Made by a program: the position numbers and the translations under genes | Notes under the pieces: model-generated | What the model was told of the DNA's origin: nothing | Databases searched by the model: none | Seen by the model: the letters and a program-made list of their open reading frames with translations, nothing else | DNA from: Fibrobacter succinogenes subsp. succinogenes S85 | GTDB taxonomy: Bacteria; Fibrobacterota; Fibrobacteria; Fibrobacterales; Fibrobacteraceae | DNA length: 32,000 bases | Direction: 5' to 3' | Assembly (NCBI RefSeq): GCF_000146505.1 | Contig: NC_017448.1 | Span: 3,240,001 to 3,272,000 of the forward strand | Shown here: positions 14,949 through 24,066 of the stretch, piece after piece | How the letters are laid out: every line of letters starts with the position of its first letter | Numbering within the stretch: the first letter of the stretch is position 1

Positions 14949-17372
14949 TTACCACATTGTTGTATAGCTTACTGAATCAGGGACGAACGTGAATGTTATC
15001 GTCCCTTTTTTTGCGGTGTTGATGTAGGGAATGTTAAGCGAGTCGAGGCGGTAGGTCACTTGCTTGTGTGGGTGTCGGAACCGGTTCTTGCGACCGCTTG
15101 GGATAATGGCGTACGTGGGGGAGACTGCGTTCAAGAACGGTACGCTGCTGGATGTCTTGGAACCGTGATGCCCGAGCTTCAACACTTCGCTTTTCAGATA
15201 GGCGTCTGTTTTCATGATTTCTTTTTCGCCTTTGACGGTGAGGTCTCCGGTAAGCACAGCTGAATGTCCGAGCCCCTTGAGCCTAAGTGTGATGCTCCCT
15301 TCGTTGGCTTCGACGCAGACATCGTTTCGTGGGTGGATTGTTCGCATTTCGAAGTAGTTCTCTTTCCATAGAATGCCGCGATGAATGTTGCGGATGGGAA
15401 TGTTCCTTTTGCGGGCTTCGCTGAGGACTTGTTGCCAGTCGGGTTTGCTTTCTTTCATAGAACAATCACTTGTCCAAAGTTCCCTGACGGGGAACATTTT
15501 CAATAGCGAAAGCGCTCCGCCGAAATGGTCCTTGTCGGGGTGCGTGATGATGAGCGCATCGAGCTTGTTCACACCAATGTGATGCAAGAACGGAACGATG
15601 ATGTCTTTGCCGGAATCTTGGCGGCTGTTGTCGCCAGCGTCCACGAGAAAATATCTGCCGGATGGCGCCTTGATGAGGTGGCTGTCGCCTTGCCCGACAT
15701 CAATGGTCGTGAGCGTCCACGACGGGTGCAGAACTTCGCAGTAACTTTCAAACGCGAATAAAGCGGCGGCGGCTATAACGCATATAAACGCGTACTTGCG
15801 GGCGATGTAGTTCTTGTAGCAAACCGGCAGAAGTAAAATCAAGATTCCGAGTGCTAGCAGTACCGCAGGCGAAAATGGCCCGACGGTCATTGAGGCTGCC
15901 GCAGAATCCGAGAGTATTCGCGTCAAAAGCGATGCCAATCGCAAAAAGAATCTCGCGGCAGCGCAGAATGTTCCGCAGATAAAGTCAATGGGCGAGAGCT
16001 GTGCGAAAAGCCCCGCCTGCATGCCAAGCGAAATCGCAGGCACGATGATGATGTTTCCGAACCATGCGAACGGCGAAAGCGTTTTGAAATGATGGATGAG
16101 GAACGGCGCTGTGGCGAGTGTGGCGCAGAGTGTAACGTACGTAGGGTCGATGGCGAATGCTTGAATCTTTTGCCAAAGCTTATTTTGCTTGAAACTGTCA
16201 GGCAAAAGCTTTGTTGGGTTATGCGGTGTGCCGATGATGATGCCTGCGGTGGCGGCAAAAGAAAGCTGGAATCCCGGATTCCAGATGACGCTAGGTTCCG
16301 GCAAGATGATAAGGAGCAAAGCGACGCCTAAGCTGTTAAGTGTATTCGCAGGTTTCCCGAACAAGGTACCAATTTGCGGGATGGCGAACATCATGACCGC
16401 ACGGCGAACAGCTGGCGATCCTCCTGTGACGGGAACGTAAATCGCGAGAAGCGTCACGGCGATGATGATGACGATTTTATGCGGAAGCCCGGTCGCTTTC
16501 AAGAAAATCATGAGCATTCCCGCGAGCAAAACCACGTGAAAACCGCTAATCGCAAGCACGTGTACAAGCCCCGACCTCTGAAAATCGCTCCGCAGTACTT
16601 CTGGAATCCCCGAGCGGTCACCTGCCAATAGCCCCATCAAGAGGCCCGTTTCGGCGGGGTCGAGAAACTTTGCGAATCTCGCCTGCATAAATTGCCGGAA
16701 CTTAAAAAAGCTACGTTCGAAAGTCCAATCGCCGGGATACGCTTTCCAATGCTTGAATTTGCCATAAGCGGCCAAATTTTGCGATTTTAGCCAATTTTGC
16801 GTGTCAAAAGCGCCAGGCACGCTCGGGGGCGTCACGGGGTACCACGATGCCTCAAAACAGATGGAATCCCCAGGCAAGGGGAGGTCCGGCAGATCCCGCT
16901 TTTCGGTCAGGCGCACGGTTTTTCCCGAAATATTGATGATAAACGCGGTACCTTTGGGCCGTGGGAGCCTGGATTCAACTTTTCCACACCCGAAATTGCC
17001 CTCATAAGATCGCTCGGCTCTTATGCATGTCGGGGACTCCTTCTTCGCCTCGCTCTCGCACTCACGCTCGGTTAATACCGGGCGTTCGTTGCTCGCAAAT
17101 TGTTCGTTCGAAGTTGTTAATATCCCCGGAAACCCCTCGTGGGCGATAATTCCAGCCACTAAAGACACAAAAATCACCCATTGGATGTGCCTTCTGAAGA
17201 AATGAGTACACAAAAGTACCATTCCAAGCCCCAAAAAAGCGAATTGGGGCTCGTCGAAAGCGACTATTGAGGCGACTATGGCGATTGCGCTTACAAGGGC
17301 TGGTTTCCCGTCAAGCGTGGATAAAAGCTCCTTAAGTGCGTTAAATATTTTTTCTTTAATATTTTTTTTCAT
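14949..17372 (-). CDS. comEC: DNA internalisation-related competence protein ComEC/Rec2
   Basis: 807 aa with a polytopic membrane core and a C-terminal metallo-beta-lactamase domain (IDVGQGDSHLI, ITHPDKDHFGGA, LKLGHHGSKTS). Confidence 0.9.
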   Translation of the reverse strand: MKKNIKEKIFNALKELLSTLDGKPALVSAIAIVASIVAFDEPQFAFLGLGMVLLCTHFFRRHIQWVIFVSLVAGIIAHEGFPGILTTSNEQFASNERPVLTERECESEAKKESPTCIRAERSYEGNFGCGKVESRLPRPKGTAFIINISGKTVRLTEKRDLPDLPLPGDSICFEASWYPVTPPSVPGAFDTQNWLKSQNLAAYGKFKHWKAYPGDWTFERSFFKFRQFMQARFAKFLDPAETGLLMGLLAGDRSGIPEVLRSDFQRSGLVHVLAISGFHVVLLAGMLMIFLKATGLPHKIVIIIAVTLLAIYVPVTGGSPAVRRAVMMFAIPQIGTLFGKPANTLNSLGVALLLIILPEPSVIWNPGFQLSFAATAGIIIGTPHNPTKLLPDSFKQNKLWQKIQAFAIDPTYVTLCATLATAPFLIHHFKTLSPFAWFGNIIIVPAISLGMQAGLFAQLSPIDFICGTFCAAARFFLRLASLLTRILSDSAAASMTVGPFSPAVLLALGILILLLPVCYKNYIARKYAFICVIAAAALFAFESYCEVLHPSWTLTTIDVGQGDSHLIKAPSGRYFLVDAGDNSRQDSGKDIIVPFLHHIGVNKLDALIITHPDKDHFGGALSLLKMFPVRELWTSDCSMKESKPDWQQVLSEARKRNIPIRNIHRGILWKENYFEMRTIHPRNDVCVEANEGSITLRLKGLGHSAVLTGDLTVKGEKEIMKTDAYLKSEVLKLGHHGSKTSSSVPFLNAVSPTYAIIPSGRKNRFRHPHKQVTYRLDSLNIPYINTAKKGTITFTFVPDSVSYTTMW

Positions 17373-17449
17373 TTTCTTATTTCTTTTGTATTTTAAGGGT
17401 GTCTCTATATTTTATACACGCATTTGAGGAGTGTTTGGATCAACTATTT

Positions 17450-18790
17450 ATGAAAAATGTTTGTAAAAAATGGACGAGCTTTTTTGGGCTTTTTTGTGTA
17501 TTGTGGTCTTTTCTTTTTACCGCATGCTCGTCAGTTTCGGATTCGGATGGAGAATTTGTTCTTCCACCCGATAAAAATCATTTGATTGTCCATAAAATTT
17601 TCCCCAATGACAGGGCGAAAAACGATTCTGCCGCCGCGAATCTTGCTCGTGGGATTATGCTTGTGGTGCATCCGAATGCTTCTTACCAGCTTTCCTTTGA
17701 TATCGACCCTGATTATCCGGCTCCTGAATTGCAGTTATTCCGTTCTTTTAGCATTAATGATAACGAAGGGCGCGTGGGGTTCCGTAAAGTCCGTACTTTG
17801 TCGCCAACTGTTGTCGGAAATCGCTATGTGTATTCCTTTGATTGTGTCGAAAATAAGATGTCGGTATGGTTTACATCGCTAGGAGTCGATGGTGACTATT
17901 ATAAAGGTAAAGTAAGTAATATAAGTTATACGGGAGTTGGTGCCTATAATGATCATTTGTCAATAAATTTGATTGTTGTCGGCTCCATGGAAAAGACGCT
18001 TGATGGCATGGACGTTGATGAGTTGTCTCGTTACATGTTGCAGATGTTCCGCGAAAAATATTATGGGATTACTATTGATACTCTTTATGTGCGGTATGCC
18101 GACCGGCATCCTGTTTTGGGGGCGTTTTATCCGGCTTCGCAACCCTGGGTGGCGGGCTTGAGTTCGGAAGATGTTTTTGTGAGCGAACTTACTGGGTGGC
18201 CTGAAGATAATCTTCGCACTGCGTTGAATATCATTTTTGTTCATAGCATCAATGAAAATAACATCATGGGGTTTGCAAGGCTGTTTTCTGGCGTGCTAGG
18301 AGCGGGCAAGGAAAGCTCTGTGGTGATTGGCGAGCATGTCCGGAAGGATTATGAAATTGAACTGCTTTCGTCGTACAATATTACGATGACCGCCATTCAC
18401 GAGACGGGACATTTCTTCGGCCTGAGACATACTTCGGTGACTCGTCGTGACCTGAACCAGTATGTGGAATACGAAGATGGAACAAAGGTCATGATTGGAG
18501 ATTATTCGAATATTGAAGACGGCTTGACGGATACTCCTTTCTGCGAAAATGTCTTGAGGAACGGTTACTATAAGAATTCTGTTGATGAGGAATTGGAAGG
18601 CTTTCCTGCTGGAATCTATGTCAAGGAAAGTAGGGAGTCCTTGGCTAAGTCTAATCCGGCGAGTATCGAAGCGTGCGCCGATTTGGATAACATCATGTTC
18701 CCGGTGACGGTTGACGATTATGAAAATGCTACCTTTACAGAACAGCAGATGGAAATAATTCGATCTTCGCTCATGATTTTCCCGCACTAA
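17450..18790 (+). CDS. zinc metalloprotease lipoprotein, metzincin (M43 pappalysin/cytophagalysin-like)
   Basis: I chose the ATG at 17450. The signal and lipobox are MKNVCKKWTSFFGLFCVLWSFLFTAC-SS. The zinc motif is HETGHFFGLRHT (HExxHxxGxxH). Confidence 0.75.
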   Translation: MKNVCKKWTSFFGLFCVLWSFLFTACSSVSDSDGEFVLPPDKNHLIVHKIFPNDRAKNDSAAANLARGIMLVVHPNASYQLSFDIDPDYPAPELQLFRSFSINDNEGRVGFRKVRTLSPTVVGNRYVYSFDCVENKMSVWFTSLGVDGDYYKGKVSNISYTGVGAYNDHLSINLIVVGSMEKTLDGMDVDELSRYMLQMFREKYYGITIDTLYVRYADRHPVLGAFYPASQPWVAGLSSEDVFVSELTGWPEDNLRTALNIIFVHSINENNIMGFARLFSGVLGAGKESSVVIGEHVRKDYEIELLSSYNITMTAIHETGHFFGLRHTSVTRRDLNQYVEYEDGTKVMIGDYSNIEDGLTDTPFCENVLRNGYYKNSVDEELEGFPAGIYVKESRESLAKSNPASIEACADLDNIMFPVTVDDYENATFTEQQMEIIRSSLMIFPH

Positions 18791-18792
18791 AA

Positions 18793-19329
18793 ATGAAAGC
18801 TTCTCAATTCTCTGAAAATGCGCAGCTGATTGCGTTTGTCTTGCAAAAGGGCTCTGAATGGGACCCGAACGTTATTGAACTATTGGAAAAGACTTGGGGA
18901 CCTATTCGCCACAAGGGCCGACTCTTTGCTTTTGACAAGACTGATTACTACAAGCCCGAAATGGGCGATGGTCTGTATCGCGGTGTCGTCTCTTTTGAAA
19001 AGGAGATCCCGCCGGAGACGATAGCCGAAGAGAAGGAACGCAGCAACGCTTTGGAACTCACGACTGCATCGGCTGAGACTCCGGAACTGCGCCATGTGAA
19101 TATTGACATTGGCTATATGGACATGGACAAAGTGGTTCTCCCAAGCTACAAGCGCGGTCCGTTCAAGCTCTATGCGGGCAAGGGTGTGTGGCTCGACATG
19201 CTTTTGACGTATGCGAAGGGCGTTTTCCACCCGACGGCTTGGGCATTTGACGATTTCGTGCGGAATCCCTACCAGCACGATTTACAACTCATCCGCGAAA
19301 AGTTCAAGAAAGCGCGTAAGGGAGTATAG
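18793..19329 (+). CDS. DUF4416-like protein
   Basis: 178 aa starting 2 nt after the protease stop. The pattern F..DKTDYYKPEMG...VNIDIGYMDMDKVVLPSYK...LY matches my memory of DUF4416. I could not verify this. Confidence 0.55.
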   Translation: MKASQFSENAQLIAFVLQKGSEWDPNVIELLEKTWGPIRHKGRLFAFDKTDYYKPEMGDGLYRGVVSFEKEIPPETIAEEKERSNALELTTASAETPELRHVNIDIGYMDMDKVVLPSYKRGPFKLYAGKGVWLDMLLTYAKGVFHPTAWAFDDFVRNPYQHDLQLIREKFKKARKGV

Positions 19330-19331
19330 TT

Positions 19332-19441
19332 GGCAGATCTTAGCTCGCTACGCTCTTAGAACTTAGTTGACTGGTACAAAATCATAGTTTTAAGCTCTAA
19401 AAACCTTTCTAAGATCTAAATTCTAAGCTCTAAGTTCTAAT
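19332..19441 (-). repeat. REP-like element copy D (inverted orientation, degenerate array)
   Basis: GGCAGATCTTAGCTCGCTACGCTCTTAGAACTTAG (19332-19366) is the reverse complement of the core with 3 mismatches. Five NTCTAAR heptamers follow at 19407-19441. The element starts 2 nt after the upstream TAG stop. Confidence 0.8.
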
Positions 19442-19458
19442 TCTTGTTATATTACAAG

Positions 19459-20655
19459 ATGATGAATAAGAAGCATTTACTCCTTGGTCTTTCGACCTTC
19501 GCACTTATGGCGTGCTATAGCCCCGAACCGTTCGAGGCTGAATCTCTGGATGATGATTCCAAAAAGCAGACCAGTTCCGAAATGGGGACGATTTACTCTG
19601 TGAACGGAAGTGAGCAAGTTTGCAATCCTTCCATCTCGCAGGATACGGTCAATTTCCCGGCTTCGATGCTCTGGTTGAACTTTAGCAAGATTAAAGTCAA
19701 TAGCCATGATGACGGGTTTTCTGTGACTAGTGTGAAACAGCACGACCGTTTGACGGTTTCGGATACCGCGAATAATGTGAAGTGGTATTTGATGATCGAT
19801 AAGGACAATGGCGAATGCCAGTTCCAAGATCCTGAGTGGAGTACCCATCCGGATTTCATCGTCGCATTGCGAGGTGTTGGTATTGAAGGGAATGGAACCT
19901 GTGGTGACGTCTTGGATTACGGCATTTTTGTGGTGCGCACGTCAGATAAGAAAAAGTTCTGGTTCTATGACAAGGGAATTATTGAACAGGCGACTCCGCA
20001 TGTGTGGGTAGACCCGACGGCTAAGGCGGATAAGGATGGCGATGCATCGACCGTTGAAGGCTTTTTTGGTACGAAGAATGTGCGCTTGACCTATGCCGAT
20101 GGCTCGGATGGTGACCCGCAAAATATCGTATTTATCGACTATGCCAATGGTGGAAAGTCAAAGGCGATTAAGCTTAAAAAGCCTGCAGATCGCAGTAACT
20201 GGAAGATTGAAAGTCCGATGATTTCGCCGGATGGAAATTTTGTCGTGTATAATGTGCTGACAAAATCGGAAGATACTTGGGAAGCCTATATACAGGAACT
20301 TACTAAAGATGCGGAAGCTGTCAAAATTCCCCGTACAAAGGACATGAAGTCGGATCCTGCACAGCCACACTGGTTTGAATCGGATGGTCGCCTTTTTGTG
20401 GTTTGGACGGAATTTACGCAGGCTACATATTTCAACAAGATTCATTTAGATAATTCTGCGGCTCAGGATGGTTCCGCTGGGCGTACGGTTATGCGTGAAG
20501 TTCGCCTGAAGGCTGGCGCTACGGGTAATGAGTTGGTGGAATGGGTTGACGACAATGTTGAACTAGCTCCGGTCCCGATGATTGGTGGACGTTCTCCCGA
20601 TGGCAAGTTCTTGTCAACGGGGTATAAGTACGCTTATTTGCTTAAGCTTCCGTGA
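19459..20655 (+). CDS. lipoprotein with TolB-like PD40 beta-propeller repeats
   Basis: The signal and lipobox are MMNKKHLLLGLSTFALMAC-YS. PD40-type motifs are ISPDGNFVVYNV and GRSPDGKFLSTG. Confidence 0.7.
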   Translation: MMNKKHLLLGLSTFALMACYSPEPFEAESLDDDSKKQTSSEMGTIYSVNGSEQVCNPSISQDTVNFPASMLWLNFSKIKVNSHDDGFSVTSVKQHDRLTVSDTANNVKWYLMIDKDNGECQFQDPEWSTHPDFIVALRGVGIEGNGTCGDVLDYGIFVVRTSDKKKFWFYDKGIIEQATPHVWVDPTAKADKDGDASTVEGFFGTKNVRLTYADGSDGDPQNIVFIDYANGGKSKAIKLKKPADRSNWKIESPMISPDGNFVVYNVLTKSEDTWEAYIQELTKDAEAVKIPRTKDMKSDPAQPHWFESDGRLFVVWTEFTQATYFNKIHLDNSAAQDGSAGRTVMREVRLKAGATGNELVEWVDDNVELAPVPMIGGRSPDGKFLSTGYKYAYLLKLP

Positions 20656-20663
20656 GGTGCTGT

Positions 20664-21785
20664 ATGAAGAAGAATTTTTTGATTGAGGGTTGTTCTCTTG
20701 TCGCACTTGCGGCGGTTGCTTTTTACGCTGGCTTTAATTCTCCTGTGACTCCAGCGACTCCGTGGGAGTCCATTGGCGGTTGCGGTGCGGGCGGTTCCGG
20801 TGGCGGTTCTGGCGATGGCATCAAGTGGATTGGCCAGGGTGTTTCGGGCGGTTATCTCGAAGCGGAAGTTTTTACGAAGTATAATGTGGGGCAGAATTTT
20901 TCTGCTTTTACGGTGAATCCGCATTTCTCAATCAAGCCGACATGGGATACTAAAGTCGGTGTGACAATCCCGTTCATGAGCCATCAGGGTGAAGTGCAGT
21001 ATCGCAGTAACCAGACTCCGACGGACCGCACTACGGGTGGTCTTGGCGATATCTCGTTCGATTTCTCGAAGACGATTGGCAGTGGCGGTGCGGCTTCGCT
21101 TTCGGCATCACTTACGATTCCGACGGGGCAGTACGATGTAAAGCGCGGTAAGGATGGCGGTAAGGAAATCTTGCCGAGCAGCTTCCAGAAGGGGAGTGGC
21201 CTTTACTCGCTTACGCTTGGATGGGACTACAGCCGCGATACGGACAAGGGCATTTGGCTTTACAGCTTGAGCTATACGCACCCGTTTGCGATGCACTTGT
21301 TCTCGGGCGAAAATGAGTTCAACGACAGCTATTGGAAGGACATCAAGAAACATGGTGATCGCTTTAAATACCGCTTCAAGCCGTATGGCGAAAATGACCT
21401 TGGTGCATTTACTCCGCCTTCAATTGGAGGTTCTGTCGCTTATGGCTACCGCGGTCGTTCGGGCATTGTGCAATCGTTTGGCGTGAATTTCTCGATTCCG
21501 CTTGGCGTGGCTTGGATTTCTTCTGAATCTGAAGGAACTTATGACCCGAGACCGGACCCGGATCACCAGGCGTGGTCTTTGGCTCTTGTGTACGGCTTGG
21601 AATTCTCGAACCCGGATTTCCCGGTGTTCCTCGCATTCTCGCTCCCGATTCATGATAAGGCGGGTGGCGCGGATTCTAAGAATGAATACAGCGAAAAGCC
21701 GATGAAGAAGTGGAACGCTCCGGACTGGGGTGACATTGGCCAGCAGTGGACCATCGCCGTTGGCGTCAAAGGAAGCTTCTTCTAA
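20664..21785 (+). CDS. outer-membrane beta-barrel protein (C-terminal ...KGSFF)
   Basis: The ATG at 20664 follows GAGGTG. It has an N-terminal hydrophobic segment, a Gly-rich linker GGCGAGGSGGGSGDG, amphipathic strands, a GLGDISF motif and a terminal aromatic residue. The start is 8 nt after the upstream stop. Confidence 0.65.
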   Translation: MKKNFLIEGCSLVALAAVAFYAGFNSPVTPATPWESIGGCGAGGSGGGSGDGIKWIGQGVSGGYLEAEVFTKYNVGQNFSAFTVNPHFSIKPTWDTKVGVTIPFMSHQGEVQYRSNQTPTDRTTGGLGDISFDFSKTIGSGGAASLSASLTIPTGQYDVKRGKDGGKEILPSSFQKGSGLYSLTLGWDYSRDTDKGIWLYSLSYTHPFAMHLFSGENEFNDSYWKDIKKHGDRFKYRFKPYGENDLGAFTPPSIGGSVAYGYRGRSGIVQSFGVNFSIPLGVAWISSESEGTYDPRPDPDHQAWSLALVYGLEFSNPDFPVFLAFSLPIHDKAGGADSKNEYSEKPMKKWNAPDWGDIGQQWTIAVGVKGSFF

Positions 21786-21882
21786 TTAGACGAAAGACCG
21801 CTTCGCTGGTAGACGAGAGACGAAAGATGAATAATTCTCTCGTCTTTCGTCTGTAGGACCGCAGGTCCGTTCTCCCGTCTAA
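21786..21882. repeat. AGACGARAG word-repeat palindromic element between convergent genes (probable bidirectional terminator)
   Basis: The arm AGACGAGAGACGAAAGA (21811-21827) pairs with TCTCTCGTCTTTCGTCT (21836-21852) over about 16 bp, with one G-U pair and one mismatch. A second hairpin GGACC-GCA-GGTCC lies at 21856-21868. The outer TTAGACG/CGTCTAA pair closes the element. CCGCTTCGC lies at 21798-21806. Confidence 0.65.
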
Positions 21883-21886
21883 AATG

Positions 21887-22783
21887 CTACGCCCTAGGGT
21901 GCGTTTTCTTGAAGGCCTGCTTGAGGCGTTCGGCGTTTACATGCGTGTAAATTTGCGTGGTGGAAATGTTCGAATGTCCGAGCATTTCCTTGACACTCAT
22001 GATTTCAGCACCATTTTCGAGCAAGTGCGTGGCGAAACTGTGGCGCAGCACGTGCGGGCTTGCTTTCCCTTCCCAGCCGATATCCCGCAACAAGTTGTGG
22101 ATATCGTTTCGGAGTGTGCGGATGTCGTAGGGCTTGCCGTTTTCGCTCAAGAACACATAGCTTGTAATTGTTGGGGTATGCCCTGCTTCAATTTCAACGG
22201 CCCTAAATTTTTCAAGCCAAGAAATTAATGTGTCTGTAATCGGGACGATGCGTTCCTTGTTGCCTTTACCGATGACTCGGACAAGTCTTTCTTTTATCTG
22301 TAATTGATTCCAACAGAGGCTTTGGCATTCTGAAATTCGCAGTCCCGAGCCGTAAATGAGTTCAAGCAAAAGACGTGCGCGGACTTGCGGGAGCGTCGGA
22401 TTCTCGGGCAATTCAGGGAATTTCTCTTCGGCGAGGTCCTTTTGACCGAGGAACGAGACGAGGCGCTTGGGGCGCTTGGGCATGGGGACCGCTTCGGCGG
22501 GATTCTTTTGCAAAATCTTGGAACGGACGAGGTACTTGCCAAAACTTTTCAGTGCGGCGAGGTGCTCGCAGATGCTTGTAGGCGCAAGTTTTTGCTTGAT
22601 TTTTAAATCCCACACAAAAGCTTTGACGTTCATTTCGGAAAAAGCTTCAAGTGGAGCATTCTCATTGATCGTGGCGAGGTATTTTTCGAGCGATTTTCGG
22701 TACGTAATGACCGTTCTTTCGGAATACCTGCGCTGGGTTTGCAGGTATATCAGGAAATTTTGGATGTATTCGTCTAAAAGCAT
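21887..22783 (-). CDS. xerD: tyrosine recombinase, XerC/XerD family (C-terminus most like XerD)
   Basis: 298 aa. The catalytic region is HVLRHSFATHLLENGAEIMSVKEMLGHSNISTTQIYTHV and the protein ends ...HPRA. The N-terminus is a core-binding domain. Confidence 0.8.
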   Translation of the reverse strand: MLLDEYIQNFLIYLQTQRRYSERTVITYRKSLEKYLATINENAPLEAFSEMNVKAFVWDLKIKQKLAPTSICEHLAALKSFGKYLVRSKILQKNPAEAVPMPKRPKRLVSFLGQKDLAEEKFPELPENPTLPQVRARLLLELIYGSGLRISECQSLCWNQLQIKERLVRVIGKGNKERIVPITDTLISWLEKFRAVEIEAGHTPTITSYVFLSENGKPYDIRTLRNDIHNLLRDIGWEGKASPHVLRHSFATHLLENGAEIMSVKEMLGHSNISTTQIYTHVNAERLKQAFKKTHPRA

Positions 22784-22833
22784 TTTTTTAAAGTGTTTTC
22801 AAAAAGAAAAATATCTATTTTAGTTGTCACCAA

Positions 22834-24054
22834 ATGTCTTTTTTGAAAAAATTTATATCTCTGCGGACTTGTTTCCTTGCCTGCGCGTTTGTGTCGACTT
22901 CTTTTGCTGCCGACCGCGTTGTGGGTGCGAATGCAACTCTTGATATTGAACCGGGTGCGCGTTCTGCGGCTTTGGGTTCTGCTACTTTGGCGGTTGAAGG
23001 TGATTATCTTGGGCTTGGCACCAATGCATATCAGCTTTCTCAGGCTAAATACATGTGGGCTTCGTTTTCGCATACGGCGTATTACGAAGATACCAAGTAC
23101 GATTATGCGTCGATGGTGATTCCGCTCCCGGGTAATCAGGGCTTAGGTGTTTCGTTCTCCCGATTTGGCGCCGACGACATTCCTTACATCCGCGAAGGAG
23201 ACCCACTGCCGGAAGGTACGGACTACAATACGCTTTCTATTGCGGACTGGGTGTTCTCTGTCGCTTGGGGGCGCCGCATTATAGACCGTTTGGACTTGGG
23301 CCTTGCGTTCCATGTGTTGTATCGCGATATGGACCAGAGTGGCTGGGGATTCCGTGGCGATGCTAGCGCTCGTTACCAGATCAAGGACGATTTTTATGTG
23401 TCTGGCCTCTTGAAAGGCTGGACTTCATCGGCCGCCTCTTGGGAATCGGGCGAGTTTGAATATTCTGCACCGGAATTTTACTTGGCTTTGAGCTATGGCT
23501 TGCCTGTCCGATATCTATATGGCAAGTTCAATTTTTACTGGCAGAGTGCGGGCCTTTTCCATCACGAATCGAGAAATCTGGATTTTGAAGAAGATACCAA
23601 GAGTGGCGAACGAATTTGGGAAGATCCGCTGGACTGGTTATCCGGTGGCCGTGGCGGTGTCGAATTTTCATTTGACTTTGGGCTCAAGTTGCGAGTCGGT
23701 TTAAGCAGTTTTATGACTTTCAAGAGCGTGACTGCAGGTGCCGGTCTTACGATTGCAAAATTCCTCGTCGTGGATTACGCCTTTGAATCGCATCCGGTGT
23801 TTTCTCCGGTGCATCGCGTGAGTGTGAACTTTAGTCCGTATCTTTTTGGCCATAAGCCGCGAGAAGAAGGTCACTTGAACAAGACTGATGCAGCGAAAAA
23901 GCTCGTGACAGAAGAACCTGAAGAGGTTCCTGCTGAAGAATTTGTCGAGGAAAGTATCCAGGAATCTCCAGTACCGGTTCAAGAAACCGTAAATGAAACT
24001 CCTGCAGCGCCCTCGGCTCCTATTATCGAAACGGACGATGAAGTTTTAGAATAA
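22834..24054 (+). CDS. outer-membrane beta-barrel protein (PorV/PorQ- or UPF0164-like N-terminal motif) with an acidic C-terminal tail
   Basis: The signal peptide ends ...VSTSFA-AD. The motif EPGARSAALGSATLAVEGDY resembles the GARAxALGGA motif of that barrel group (from memory). The tail is EEPEEVPAEEFVEESIQESPVP.... Confidence 0.6.
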   Translation: MSFLKKFISLRTCFLACAFVSTSFAADRVVGANATLDIEPGARSAALGSATLAVEGDYLGLGTNAYQLSQAKYMWASFSHTAYYEDTKYDYASMVIPLPGNQGLGVSFSRFGADDIPYIREGDPLPEGTDYNTLSIADWVFSVAWGRRIIDRLDLGLAFHVLYRDMDQSGWGFRGDASARYQIKDDFYVSGLLKGWTSSAASWESGEFEYSAPEFYLALSYGLPVRYLYGKFNFYWQSAGLFHHESRNLDFEEDTKSGERIWEDPLDWLSGGRGGVEFSFDFGLKLRVGLSSFMTFKSVTAGAGLTIAKFLVVDYAFESHPVFSPVHRVSVNFSPYLFGHKPREEGHLNKTDAAKKLVTEEPEEVPAEEFVEESIQESPVPVQETVNETPAAPSAPIIETDDEVLE

Positions 24055-24066
24055 GGGGGCTATACG

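Noticed and set aside
21887-22783. Tyrosine recombinase as the integrase of a mobile element, together with tRNA-Gln at 4934-5004 as an integration site
   Set aside because: The protein has the size, two-domain layout and ...HPRA C-terminus of chromosomal XerC/XerD. No direct repeats of the tRNA 3' end, excisionase, or phage or conjugation genes were seen. The tRNA is 17 kb away with housekeeping genes in between.
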